Positions 26,042 through 35,383 of a stretch of DNA of 42,720 nt are shown here, one piece after another. The notes below the pieces were generated by a model. It had not been told where the DNA came from. It saw only the letters and a program-made list of their open reading frames with translations, and made no database searches. Source of the DNA: Gemmatimonadota bacterium (GTDB lineage: Bacteria; Gemmatimonadota; Gemmatimonadetes; Gemmatimonadales; GWC2-71-9); contig JBDHAB010000025.1 of assembly GCA_039588295.1 (NCBI GenBank), positions 1 through 42,720 on the forward strand, written 5' to 3'. The first letter of the stretch is position 1. The number at the start of each line of letters is the position of its first letter. The position numbers were made by a program, and so were the translations under genes.

Positions 26042-27970
26042 TCAGCGCTCCGATCCCGAGTGCGAGTCGGCAGTCAACTGATCGCCATATTCCCAGTGCA
26101 GCCGTCGTTCCAGTTGCTCGAGGTAGCGGCCCTGCTTCGTCTCGTACTCGGCGGACACGGCCCGCAATTTCGGGTCGATCACCCAATACACCAGCCACCC
26201 GCCCAAGACCGCCGCAACGGTAAGCGTCAAACCGGACGGCTCCAGCAAGAGAAGCTTGGCGACTCCCACCATGAGACACGCAAACACCACAGGCGACAGC
26301 ACGATCGCAATCCAATCTTCACGGCTCCACGCATCGGCTTGTTCCGGGGTCCACGTACGCCGGATGAGCGGGCGCGACCCCGTGCGTGGCCGCTCGCGCT
26401 CGGAATCGATCAAACCACGCCGCTCCGCCTCTCGGCGGACGGGCCCCCACCAGCCGATGGGACGGGTCATGACGTAGTATGCCACGAGGTGCTCCATCGG
26501 TTCCGACTTGGTGAGCAACGTGGCGGGGAGGAACACGACCGCACCCAGTACCATGAGTAGCCAGAACTGCACCGGCTCCGACAGTTCCGGTACCACGCCG
26601 AACGACGGCAGCACCCACACGACGAGCCAGGAGATCCCCAGGTTCGCGATCCACGATGACAGGTAGCCCCACGCGTTGAACCGCCACCACACGACTTGAA
26701 GGATGTTGGGCAGCCAAATCCCCGCCATCATGAGCCAGAGGGCGAAGATCAACCATTGCGTGATCTGCTCCATCATCAGTCCATAGAAGAAGGAACCGAT
26801 GAGCAGGACGAAGGTGGCGATCCGACCCACCCAGACGAGGGTTCGCTCGTCCGCGTTCGGCCTGAGGTAACGCTGGAACAGGTCGCGTGTGAAATACAAC
26901 GCCCCGAGGTTGAGGTGACTCGAGATTGTCGAGAGATGAATGGCCAGGATTGCCGCGAAGAACACCCCCACCAACCCCGCCGGCAGAAGCTCGAAGCCGA
27001 GACGGAACCACCCGAGTTCGTACTCCGCCGCGTCGGGGATATTGGGCACCAGTACGAAAAAGGCGAGAATGCCGGCCGCCCAGAACCCGTTGCGCACCAG
27101 CGTCACGGCGCCCCCGGCCCATAACCCGTAGCTCGCGTCCCGCACCGTCTTGGCCGACTGAATTCGCTGGGCTTCGACGTACCAATCGATACTGGTACCC
27201 ATCCCGAATCCTCCGACCACGGCGATCACGAGCATCGTCAGCCACCACGCGGCAGGGAAATCGCCCGAGAGCCATCCCGTGAACGCGAGCGGATCCAGCC
27301 GCCACGCCTCGCCCATGCTCGCCAGGCGGGCAGTCACCTCAGTCGGTCCGCCAACGGCGAAGACGCCGACCAATGAGACGAGGACGATCGCAAACACCGC
27401 GACGATCCCTTGGAGGAAATCTCCCATGACCACGCCCCAGTAGCCGGCAGCGAGCGTGTACATCGCAGTGATCAACGTGGGAACGACGAGGCCGACCCAG
27501 ATCGGCCACCCGAACGCCAGGTTCCCGACCTTCCCCATGGCCATGCCCACCCAACCGAGGATGAACATGTTCATGAACACCTGCCACCCCGCGAGCCAGC
27601 CACGCAACAGCTCGGCGCCGAGCCCGCCGAACCGAAGCGTCTGCCATTCAGCCTGCGTGTACGCCAGGGATCGACGGAAGATGCGGGCTGACACGAAGGA
27701 CGCGATGGCAGTCCAAGCGGCAAAGAACGTGTACCACAGCCCTCGCAGGCCGTGGGCGTACACCGTGCCCGTCACCCACATGGGTGTATCGGTGGCGGTG
27801 TGGGTGCTGAACACCGAGGATGCAGGCAGCCACCAGGGCAAGCCTCGACCGGCAAGGAAGAAGTCGGATTCGGATCGCCGCGCGAGGCGGTAGAAGAAGA
27901 ACGCCCCTCCAACCATCAGGAGGAGAAATGCACCTGTCCACAGCCAGTCGAGGAGGGTGAATTGGCTCAC
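26042..27970 (-). CDS. Sodium:solute symporter (SSS) family protein with a C-terminal 2-TM extension
   Basis: DFFLAGRGLPWW, YTLAAGYWGVVMGDFLQ and LPAGLVGVFFAAILAIHLSTISSHLN. Confidence 0.9.
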   Translation of the reverse strand: MSQFTLLDWLWTGAFLLLMVGGAFFFYRLARRSESDFFLAGRGLPWWLPASSVFSTHTATDTPMWVTGTVYAHGLRGLWYTFFAAWTAIASFVSARIFRRSLAYTQAEWQTLRFGGLGAELLRGWLAGWQVFMNMFILGWVGMAMGKVGNLAFGWPIWVGLVVPTLITAMYTLAAGYWGVVMGDFLQGIVAVFAIVLVSLVGVFAVGGPTEVTARLASMGEAWRLDPLAFTGWLSGDFPAAWWLTMLVIAVVGGFGMGTSIDWYVEAQRIQSAKTVRDASYGLWAGGAVTLVRNGFWAAGILAFFVLVPNIPDAAEYELGWFRLGFELLPAGLVGVFFAAILAIHLSTISSHLNLGALYFTRDLFQRYLRPNADERTLVWVGRIATFVLLIGSFFYGLMMEQITQWLIFALWLMMAGIWLPNILQVVWWRFNAWGYLSSWIANLGISWLVVWVLPSFGVVPELSEPVQFWLLMVLGAVVFLPATLLTKSEPMEHLVAYYVMTRPIGWWGPVRREAERRGLIDSERERPRTGSRPLIRRTWTPEQADAWSREDWIAIVLSPVVFACLMVGVAKLLLLEPSGLTLTVAAVLGGWLVYWVIDPKLRAVSAEYETKQGRYLEQLERRLHWEYGDQLTADSHSGSER

Positions 27971-28160
27971 GGGTCGTCGCCGTTTCCACCGACAAGAACG
28001 ATCGTGGATTCTAGCGCTTCGCCCGTATCACGACAACGGTCCTTGGTCTCACCAAATAGAACGCAATAGCCGTTTGACAACGGACGGAATTGACTGCTAT
28101 GTAATCCTAGCCCAACGAAGGCTTCCTTCTAACGTTTTCGCTCTTTTGGGGGTCTCGGTC

Positions 28161-29441
28161 ATGCGGCGGTCTTCCATCCTTGCGTCAATTACCGTTCTTC
28201 CCGTGGCGGTTCTGCTACTTCCGACGGCCCAGCCGGACGTCGGGCCTACAGTGGCGGAGTCGGCGTGTGTCGACTGCCATACCGATCTCCACCCGAACAT
28301 CGTCGAAGACTGGCGCCTCAGTCAGCATGGGCAAAAGGGAATCGACTGTGCAGTATGCCACGGTAGCGATCACATGGAAGTCGAGGACGTCGAGGCCGTG
28401 CGTATTCCCACGCCGGAAACGTGTGCTATGTGCCACTCCGAACGCGTGGAGCAGTTCAAGCGCGGCAAGCACGCCTTAGCCTGGGCCGCAATGAACGCCA
28501 TGCCGACCACGCACGCGTTACCGCTGGCCATGACCCAGGGCATGCGGGGCTGTGGCGGCTGCCACAAGATCGGGCTCAAGAGCGAGGAAGATCTGGCAGC
28601 GATTCGCGGTTTCGGAGCAAGCTTCGGAACGGCCTCATGTGACGCGTGCCACACGCGTCACCTGTTCTCCGTGAAAGAGGCACAACAGCCACAAGCGTGT
28701 CAGACGTGTCACATGGGCTTTGACCATCCGCAGTGGGAGATGTACTCCACGTCCAAACACGGTGTTCGCTACCTGCTCAAACAGAACGGCACCCTCCCGG
28801 AAACCTCAGCGGCGCCGACCTGTCAGACTTGCCACATGCAGGACGGCAACCACGAAGTCAGGACCGCATGGGGCTACTTCGCGGTGCGACTGCCGCTCCC
28901 GGAGGACGAGCAGTGGGAGGCCGACCGCGCCACGATCCTTCAAGCGCTCGGCGTGCTTGATCCGGCCGGGAAACGCACCGCCCGATTGGATGTGCTCAAA
29001 ACGGTGGATGTCCTTCGGCTGACGCAGGAAGAATGGGAGCAAGAGCGGGACAAGATGCAAGGTATTTGCATGCAGTGCCACTCGATCAACTTTGCCCGTA
29101 CCGAACTGGCCAAGGGTGATGACATCATCCGGGAGGCCGATCATCTCCTCGCGGAGGCGATTCGCATTGTCGCCGGCCTGTATCACGATGGGGTATTGGA
29201 GCAGCCGGAAGGCTATGCCTATGCCTTCCCCGATTTGCTCACCTTCCAGGATGCCCCGACGCCCATCGAGCAGCGCCTGTTCGTGATGCATCTGGAGCAT
29301 CGCATGCGGGCGTTCCAAGGCGCGTTCCACGCCAACCCGGACTACTCGCTCTGGTACGGGTGGAGTGAGATGGTACGGGATCTCGCCGAGATCAAGCAAA
29401 TGGCCGAGGACATGCGGCGTCACCGCACCGGAGGCCGCTGA
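28161..29441 (+). CDS. Periplasmic octaheme cytochrome c, hydroxylamine oxidoreductase (HAO)-like family
   Basis: Signal peptide and eight CxxCH motifs (CVDCH, CAVCH, CAMCH, CGGCH, CDACH, CQTCH, CQTCH, CMQCH). HAO-type CHTRHLFS, CHMGFDHPQWEMYSTSKHG and GAFHANPDY. Confidence 0.9.
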   Translation: MRRSSILASITVLPVAVLLLPTAQPDVGPTVAESACVDCHTDLHPNIVEDWRLSQHGQKGIDCAVCHGSDHMEVEDVEAVRIPTPETCAMCHSERVEQFKRGKHALAWAAMNAMPTTHALPLAMTQGMRGCGGCHKIGLKSEEDLAAIRGFGASFGTASCDACHTRHLFSVKEAQQPQACQTCHMGFDHPQWEMYSTSKHGVRYLLKQNGTLPETSAAPTCQTCHMQDGNHEVRTAWGYFAVRLPLPEDEQWEADRATILQALGVLDPAGKRTARLDVLKTVDVLRLTQEEWEQERDKMQGICMQCHSINFARTELAKGDDIIREADHLLAEAIRIVAGLYHDGVLEQPEGYAYAFPDLLTFQDAPTPIEQRLFVMHLEHRMRAFQGAFHANPDYSLWYGWSEMVRDLAEIKQMAEDMRRHRTGGR

Positions 29442-29459
29442 GAGACGAACGACTTCCGT

Positions 29460-30338
29460 ATGATGCGCACTCGATCCCTCGGCCCCGGCGCTCCCGCCGT
29501 CTCGGTCATCGGTTTCGGGGGTATGCCACTCTCCATCCAAGGACGACCCACCACGCAAGTGGGAATGAAGGTCATCCACGGCGTGCTCGACGCCGGTGTC
29601 ACGCTCGTGGATACGGCGGACGTCTACTGCCTCGATGACGACGACATCGGGCACAACGAACGGCTGGTCGCCGAGGCACTCGCTACCTGGTCCGGAGACC
29701 GAACAAGAATCATCATCGCCACGAAGGGTGGGCTCACCCGCCCCGGTGGCGCGTGGGAGCGTGACGGCCGGCCCGACCAGCTCAGGCAGGCGTGTGACCG
29801 GTCGTTGCAAGCGCTCGGGATCGACTGCATCGATCTCTACCAGTTGCACGCCCCGGACCCAAAGGTGCCGTTCACCGAGAGCGTCGGCGCCCTGGCCGAG
29901 CTGCGGACTGAAGGCAAGATCCGGTGGATTGGGCTGTCTAATGTCTCGGTCGCGGAGATCACACAGGCTCGAACGCTCGTGGACGTGATCACGGTGCAGA
30001 ACCGGTTGAACCCGTTCTTCCGCGAGGCGATCGAGACAGGCGTGGTGCAGTACTGCGCGCAGCACGGGATCGGGTTTCTGGCATACAGCCCCCTGGGCGG
30101 CGGGCGGTTGAACAAGAAGCTGCCCGGCCACCCGACACTCCGACCGATCGCCGAGCGGCTGGGCATCTCACCGCATGCCGTGGTAATTGCCTGGGTGGCG
30201 GCCCAGGGAGCAAGCGTGATTCCGATTCCTGCCGGCCGCTCGGTGGAGCACGCGCTGGATTCCCTCCTCGCGGCAGATGCGGAGCTCTCGAAGGACGATG
30301 TCTCTTCGATCGATCAGTCGGAGTTCTCCCGCGCCTGA
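29460..30338 (+). CDS. Aldo/keto reductase
   Basis: IGFGGM, DTADVY, IATKGG, IDLYQLH, IGLSN and AYSPLGGG. Confidence 0.93.
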   Translation: MMRTRSLGPGAPAVSVIGFGGMPLSIQGRPTTQVGMKVIHGVLDAGVTLVDTADVYCLDDDDIGHNERLVAEALATWSGDRTRIIIATKGGLTRPGGAWERDGRPDQLRQACDRSLQALGIDCIDLYQLHAPDPKVPFTESVGALAELRTEGKIRWIGLSNVSVAEITQARTLVDVITVQNRLNPFFREAIETGVVQYCAQHGIGFLAYSPLGGGRLNKKLPGHPTLRPIAERLGISPHAVVIAWVAAQGASVIPIPAGRSVEHALDSLLAADAELSKDDVSSIDQSEFSRA

Positions 30339-30356
30339 TCGCGGCAAAGGGTATCG

Positions 30357-31340
30357 ATGGTGACAGCAGTCTGGCCGATCGAGCTGGACGACGTTGAAGC
30401 GGCGCGGGACCGCATTCGGCCGTATCTGGCCCCAACGCCCTTGCGCCAGTACGAGCTGCTCAGCACGGCCGTCGGCTCCGGCGTGACCGTTCTCGTCAAG
30501 CACGAGAATCACAACCCCACGAACGCATTCAAGATTCGCAACGCGATCGCTGCCATGTCGATGCTCTCGACCGACGAGAAGCGTCGCGGCATCGTCGCGG
30601 CGACCAGGGGCAACCATGGTCAGGGACTGGCGTACGCCGGACAGTTGCTCGGCGTGCCCGTGACGATTTGCGTGCCGTACGGGAATAATCCCGAGAAAAA
30701 CGCCGCGATGCGGGCCTACGGTGCGGAGCTGATCGAGGCAGGTCGAGACTACGACGAATCACTCACGAAGGTGGACGCGCTCAAGCGGGAGCGCGGCCTC
30801 GTGGGCGTGCACGGCACGAACAACCGGTATGTGATCGCGGGTGCCGGTACCATCACGCTGGAGATCCTGGAGCAGGATCCAGATGTCGATGCCATCTTCA
30901 TCGCCGTCGGCGGTGGCTCTCAGGCGGTCGGAGCGCTCACGGTACTGCGTGCCCGCAAACCCGAAGCACGGGTCTTCGCCGTTCAGGCCGCCGGTGCCCC
31001 GGCCATTTACGAGTCGTGGAAGGCAGGGCGATCACTCACGCTGGATTCGGCCGACACGTTCGCCGACGGTGTGGCAACCCGCTCGGCGTACGAGATGACC
31101 TTTCCCGCCCTGCGGGATGGCCTCGCGGGTTTCGTCACGGTGAGCGACGCCGAGATCGCGGCCGCACTGCGCCTGCTACTCGAGACGACCCACAACCTCG
31201 TCGAGGGCGCCGGCGCAGCCGGACTCGCGGGTCTCCGTTCGATGGCCGACCACGTCGCCGGTCAACGGGTCGCGATCATCCTCTCAGGCGGGAACATCGA
31301 CGCGGAGACGCTGCGGAGGGTGGTGACGGGGAAGATATGA
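30357..31340 (+). CDS. PLP-dependent threonine/serine dehydratase-like protein (fold type II, no ACT domain)
   Basis: KHENHNPTNAFKIR, ATRGNHGQG, VGGGS, TFADG, LVEGAGAA and LSGGNID. Confidence 0.9.
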   Translation: MVTAVWPIELDDVEAARDRIRPYLAPTPLRQYELLSTAVGSGVTVLVKHENHNPTNAFKIRNAIAAMSMLSTDEKRRGIVAATRGNHGQGLAYAGQLLGVPVTICVPYGNNPEKNAAMRAYGAELIEAGRDYDESLTKVDALKRERGLVGVHGTNNRYVIAGAGTITLEILEQDPDVDAIFIAVGGGSQAVGALTVLRARKPEARVFAVQAAGAPAIYESWKAGRSLTLDSADTFADGVATRSAYEMTFPALRDGLAGFVTVSDAEIAAALRLLLETTHNLVEGAGAAGLAGLRSMADHVAGQRVAIILSGGNIDAETLRRVVTGKI

Positions 31341-31423
31341 GGGGAGGGGAAAGGGATAAGCGATAAGGGAGAGGGGAAGCACCCTTGCAGTACCTCTTCA
31401 CCCTTCACCCTTCACCCTTTTTT
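31341..31423. repeat. Opposed heptamer tracts between convergent genes: GGGATAA-like on the + strand, (GGGTGAA)3 on the - strand
   Basis: AAGGGATAAGCGATAAGGGAGAGGGG (31351-31376) and CTTCACCCTTCACCCTTCACCCTTT (31396-31420). Confidence 0.75.
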
Positions 31424-31431
31424 CCTGATTG

Positions 31432-32418
31432 TCATCCCCACAGCTCCCGACTCGGCGGATACAGCACGCTTCCTTCAAATCGGATCCCGTTCGGGCGATC
31501 TTCAGCGAGCAGCAGCGGGGCGTCGAGATCGACAAACCGCGCCGCACCGCCAATGAGGGTCGCCGGCGCGATCCCGAGCGACGTCCCGACCATACAGCCC
31601 ACCATGACGCCGAGTCCGGCGTCGCGCGCCGCGTCGAGCAGGAGGAGCGCCTCCGTGAGTCCTCCAGTCTTGTCCAACTTGATGTTGATGAAGTCGTAGC
31701 GCCCCGCGAGGTTCGCGACGTCGGCACTGGTGTGGCACGATTCGTCTGCGCAGATCGGTACGGGATGCTCGATCTCCGCGAGCGCCTCATCCTGTCCCGC
31801 CGGGAACGGCTGCTCGATGAGCTCCACCCCCATCGAGGCCAGGACAGGCACGACTTCGCCGTAGACCTCGGGTGTCCACGCCTCGTTGGCGTCTGCGATG
31901 AGCCGGCAGTTGGGTGCCGCCTCGTGCACGGCACGCACCCGCGCTGCGTCACCTTCGCCCGTCAGTTTCAGCTTGAGGAGCGGTCGATCGGACACTACCC
32001 GAGCGGCGGATGCCATCTCGCTCGGTGCACCCAGGCTGATGGTGTACGCCGTGGTCAGCGGCGTAGGCTCGGGCAGTCCGGCGAGCTTCCACACCGCCTC
32101 GCCGGTTCGCTTCGCCTCCAGATCCCACAGCGCGCAGTCGAGCGCGTTGCGGGCAGCTCCGGGCGGGAGCAGCTCCTGCAGCTCCCCACGTGAGAGGCCC
32201 ATCGCGACCCGATCGGACTGCGCCTCGAGTTCGCGAACGACGTCTTGCACTGTTTCACCGTACCGCGGGTAGGGGAGGCACTCACCGCGCCCGCTGATCG
32301 CTCCATCCTCGATCACGACGACGACGACGTCGCTCACGGTCCGCGCGCCACGCGAGATCCGAAACACGCCACGAATGGGCCAGGATTCGCTGCGAGCAGT
32401 CAGGTTGGGAATGAGCAC
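31432..32418 (-). CDS. Dipeptide epimerase (L-Ala-D/L-Glu epimerase/DgcA-like, enolase superfamily)
   Basis: GECLPYPRYGE, ARNALDCALWDL, KLK, ADANE, EQP, ADES, NIKLDKTGGLTEA, MVGCM and DLDAP. The start is uncertain. Confidence 0.9.
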   Translation of the reverse strand: MLIPNLTARSESWPIRGVFRISRGARTVSDVVVVVIEDGAISGRGECLPYPRYGETVQDVVRELEAQSDRVAMGLSRGELQELLPPGAARNALDCALWDLEAKRTGEAVWKLAGLPEPTPLTTAYTISLGAPSEMASAARVVSDRPLLKLKLTGEGDAARVRAVHEAAPNCRLIADANEAWTPEVYGEVVPVLASMGVELIEQPFPAGQDEALAEIEHPVPICADESCHTSADVANLAGRYDFINIKLDKTGGLTEALLLLDAARDAGLGVMVGCMVGTSLGIAPATLIGGAARFVDLDAPLLLAEDRPNGIRFEGSVLYPPSRELWG

Positions 32419-32521
32419 CCTCCGTTGGCAACAGACCGCACAACCCATAAGCCCAAAGCATATCGTGTAGATTCCACCCGTCGACCGGACCGCCAGTCTG
32501 CAAACACTGTCCACGGCTCAG

Positions 32522-34576
32522 ATGATCAAAGCGACCCTCAGGGCTCTCCGACGACTGCACGACGGCCTACGACAGACCGAGCAAATCTACATGGTCGTGG
32601 TGGCGGTCGTGATAGGGCTCTTGGGAGGGCTCTGCGCCGTCGGGTTTCGCGAGTTCATTCAGATCGTCAATCGCATCGCGTGGCGTCAAGGTCCGTACGC
32701 CTTGGAGTACCTGGCGGGACTACCGTTTTGGTGGAAGCTCCTTGCGCCGGCCGTCGGCGGCCTGGCGGTCGGCGTCATCATTCACGCGTTCGCGCGCGAG
32801 GCCAAGGGCCACGGCGTGCCCGAGGTCATGGAAGCGGTCGCCCTTCGCGGCGGCCGCATCAGGCCTAGGGTGGTGCTCGCCAAACTGCTGGCCTCCGGGA
32901 TTTCCATCGGTTCCGGTGGCTCGGTCGGACGCGAGGGGCCCATCGTGCAAATCGGCTCGGCTCTGGGATCCACGGTCGGCCAATGGCTCGGGGTCGATCA
33001 GCGCCGGCTTCGTACGCTGGTCGGGTGTGGCGCCGCCGCCGGCATCGCCGGGACCTTCAACGCCCCCGTCGCCGGTGCATTGTTCGCCGTCGAAATCATC
33101 CTCGGCGATTTCGGTGTGAGCCAGTTCTCACCCATCGTCATCTCGTCGGTCGCGGCAACCGTCGTGAGCCGTGGCTTCCTCGGCGATTTCCCGGCGTTCG
33201 AGGTTCCCTCGTATCAGTTGGTGCACGCCTCGGAGCTATTCGCGTACGCCGGTCTCGGGATTCTCGCCGCCCTTGTCGCTCTCGCCTTTATCCGTACGCT
33301 GTATGCGTTCGAAGACGGATTCGACAGGATCCCGCTGCCACCGCCACTCCGGACGCTGCTCGGCGGCGCGCTGATTGGTGTGATCGGGATCTGGCTTCCG
33401 CACATCTTCGGCGTCGGCTATGAGGCCATCAACGAAGCGCTGAACGGTACGCTCGTGTGGCAGTTCATGGCGTTGCTTGTCGTGGTCAAGCTCCTCGCCG
33501 TCTCGATCACGATTGGATCCGGGGGCTCGGGGGGGATCTTCGCTCCATCACTGTTCATTGGAGCGATGCTCGGCGGAGCGGTCGGTACCGTCGTGCAGAA
33601 CGTCTGGCCCGTGAGCGCGGCGGGCGCAGGGGCCTATGCACTCGTGGGAATGGGTGCCGTGGTAGCCGCCGGAACACACGCACCGATCACGGCGATCCTC
33701 ATCATCTTCGAACTGACGGGCGACTACAAGATCATCTTGCCGCTCATGATCAGCTGCATCATCGCCACGTTGCTGGCGACGCGGCTGCAACAGGCCTCGA
33801 TCTACACGCTCAAACTGCTCCGCCGCGGTGTCGATATTCAACGCGGCCGTGCAGTCAATGTGCTGCAGCACGTGCCGGTGCGGGAAGCGATGCGTACCGA
33901 TATCGTCACGGTGCGTCCCGAAGACGGGGTACTCTCGCTGATCTCGGGGTTCATCGACCACGCGGGAAGCGCCCTGTTCGTGACCGACGAACACGGAACC
34001 CTGCTCGGCATCGTTACCGCGGAACAGATTCGGCCCATCATGCGGGATCCCACGGCGCTCGAGGGCCTGATCATCGCCGAAGACATCATGGTGCACGGGG
34101 AGTACCCACAGGTGACTCCGCGCGACTCCCTCGCCGATGTCATGAAGCTGCTGGGCGGGTATAGAGGAGAGATCCCGGTACTGGAAAACGGACGGATCGC
34201 GGGTGTGATCTGGCAGGAAGACGTGATCGAGCGTTACAACACCGAAGTGTTCAAGCGCGACATGGCCGGGAGCATGGTGTCCGCTGTGCGTCCCGACGCG
34301 AATGCCGAGCTGGTACCCGCGGCGCGCGACACGGTGGTTGGCGAGATTCCGATTCCGGCCAGGTTCGTCGGCAAATCCATTGGCGAGCTTCGCATCCGAC
34401 AGGAACTCGGCGTGACGGTGCTGATGGTCAAACACACTCGCGGGGACGGTCAGGGGGGTCTCACGACGACACCAACTGCCGACTACGTCTTCCAAGCGGA
34501 TGACGTCATGCTCGTGCTCGGCCCCACGGAGCAGTTGCGACACCTGCGAAGCGGGCGGATTACCTCACTCCGCTAG
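32522..34576 (+). CDS. ClC-family chloride/H+ transporter with a CBS pair and a TrkA_C domain
   Basis: GHGVPE, GREGP, FNAPVAG..FAVE, GGIFAP and SIY; two CBS domains; VGKSIGELRIR...DDVMLVLG (TrkA_C). Confidence 0.92.
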   Translation: MIKATLRALRRLHDGLRQTEQIYMVVVAVVIGLLGGLCAVGFREFIQIVNRIAWRQGPYALEYLAGLPFWWKLLAPAVGGLAVGVIIHAFAREAKGHGVPEVMEAVALRGGRIRPRVVLAKLLASGISIGSGGSVGREGPIVQIGSALGSTVGQWLGVDQRRLRTLVGCGAAAGIAGTFNAPVAGALFAVEIILGDFGVSQFSPIVISSVAATVVSRGFLGDFPAFEVPSYQLVHASELFAYAGLGILAALVALAFIRTLYAFEDGFDRIPLPPPLRTLLGGALIGVIGIWLPHIFGVGYEAINEALNGTLVWQFMALLVVVKLLAVSITIGSGGSGGIFAPSLFIGAMLGGAVGTVVQNVWPVSAAGAGAYALVGMGAVVAAGTHAPITAILIIFELTGDYKIILPLMISCIIATLLATRLQQASIYTLKLLRRGVDIQRGRAVNVLQHVPVREAMRTDIVTVRPEDGVLSLISGFIDHAGSALFVTDEHGTLLGIVTAEQIRPIMRDPTALEGLIIAEDIMVHGEYPQVTPRDSLADVMKLLGGYRGEIPVLENGRIAGVIWQEDVIERYNTEVFKRDMAGSMVSAVRPDANAELVPAARDTVVGEIPIPARFVGKSIGELRIRQELGVTVLMVKHTRGDGQGGLTTTPTADYVFQADDVMLVLGPTEQLRHLRSGRITSLR

Positions 34577-34594
34577 CACCAACGGGACCAGCCG

Positions 34595-35365
34595 ATGGGT
34601 CAGCAACGCAAGACGTGCCAACAGCAGGTGCGATCGGACGGCTCGGGCCGGTTGCACGTCGGCACGTCCGGCTGGACGTATGACGACTGGGCCGGGCGGT
34701 TCTACCCGCAAACGGTCAAGGGCGCCGATCGCCTCTCGTACTATGCAGAGCGCTTCGACACCGTCGAGGTCAACGCCACGTTCTACCGGTTGCCGTTCGT
34801 GGGCATGATCGCGGCATGGAATCGGCGACTCCGTCCGACGTTTCACCTCGTTCTCAAGGGGCCCCGGACGGTCACCCACGCGAAGAGGTTGGTGGACTGT
34901 GAGGAGCCGCTCGATCGCTTCTTCGAACGGATCGCCCCCCTGCACACGCTCCGGGTCGTGCTGTGGCAGCTACCCCCGACCCTACGCAGAGACACCGAGC
35001 GGCTCTCGGCGTTTCTCCGCCACCTGCCACGAGCCATGCGGCACGCCGTGGAATTCCGACACCCGAGCTGGTGGGACCGCGAGACGGTCGACGTCTTGAC
35101 CCGACACCGCGCCGCGTTCGTCGCAGTCAGCCACCCACGCTTGCCTGCCGACGTCATTCCCACCACGGACTTTCTCTATCTCCGGTTCCACGGCTTGGGC
35201 GGGGATCTGTATCGCTATGACTACTCGAGGAGGGAACTCCGCGAGTGGGCGGGTCGGGTCCAGCCACACGTCCGGGGTCGGGAGCTGTACGCGTTCTTCA
35301 ATAACGACTACGAAGCGCATGCCCCGCTCAACGCGATGACGCTGAAGAGACTTCTCGGCGACTAG
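34595..35365 (+). CDS. DUF72 (YecE-like) protein
   Basis: VGTSGWTYDDW, VEVNATFY, LWQLPP, AVEFRHPSW, YLRFHG and FFNND. Confidence 0.93.
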   Translation: MGQQRKTCQQQVRSDGSGRLHVGTSGWTYDDWAGRFYPQTVKGADRLSYYAERFDTVEVNATFYRLPFVGMIAAWNRRLRPTFHLVLKGPRTVTHAKRLVDCEEPLDRFFERIAPLHTLRVVLWQLPPTLRRDTERLSAFLRHLPRAMRHAVEFRHPSWWDRETVDVLTRHRAAFVAVSHPRLPADVIPTTDFLYLRFHGLGGDLYRYDYSRRELREWAGRVQPHVRGRELYAFFNNDYEAHAPLNAMTLKRLLGD

Positions 35366-35383
35366 GCCACACTCCCCTGGGCG

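Noticed and set aside
28074..28105. TTGACA and TTGAC-N4-ATGTA upstream of the octaheme gene as a sigma70 promoter or FNR box
   Set aside because: There is no good -10 element at 16-18 bp spacing and the second FNR half-site matches poorly.
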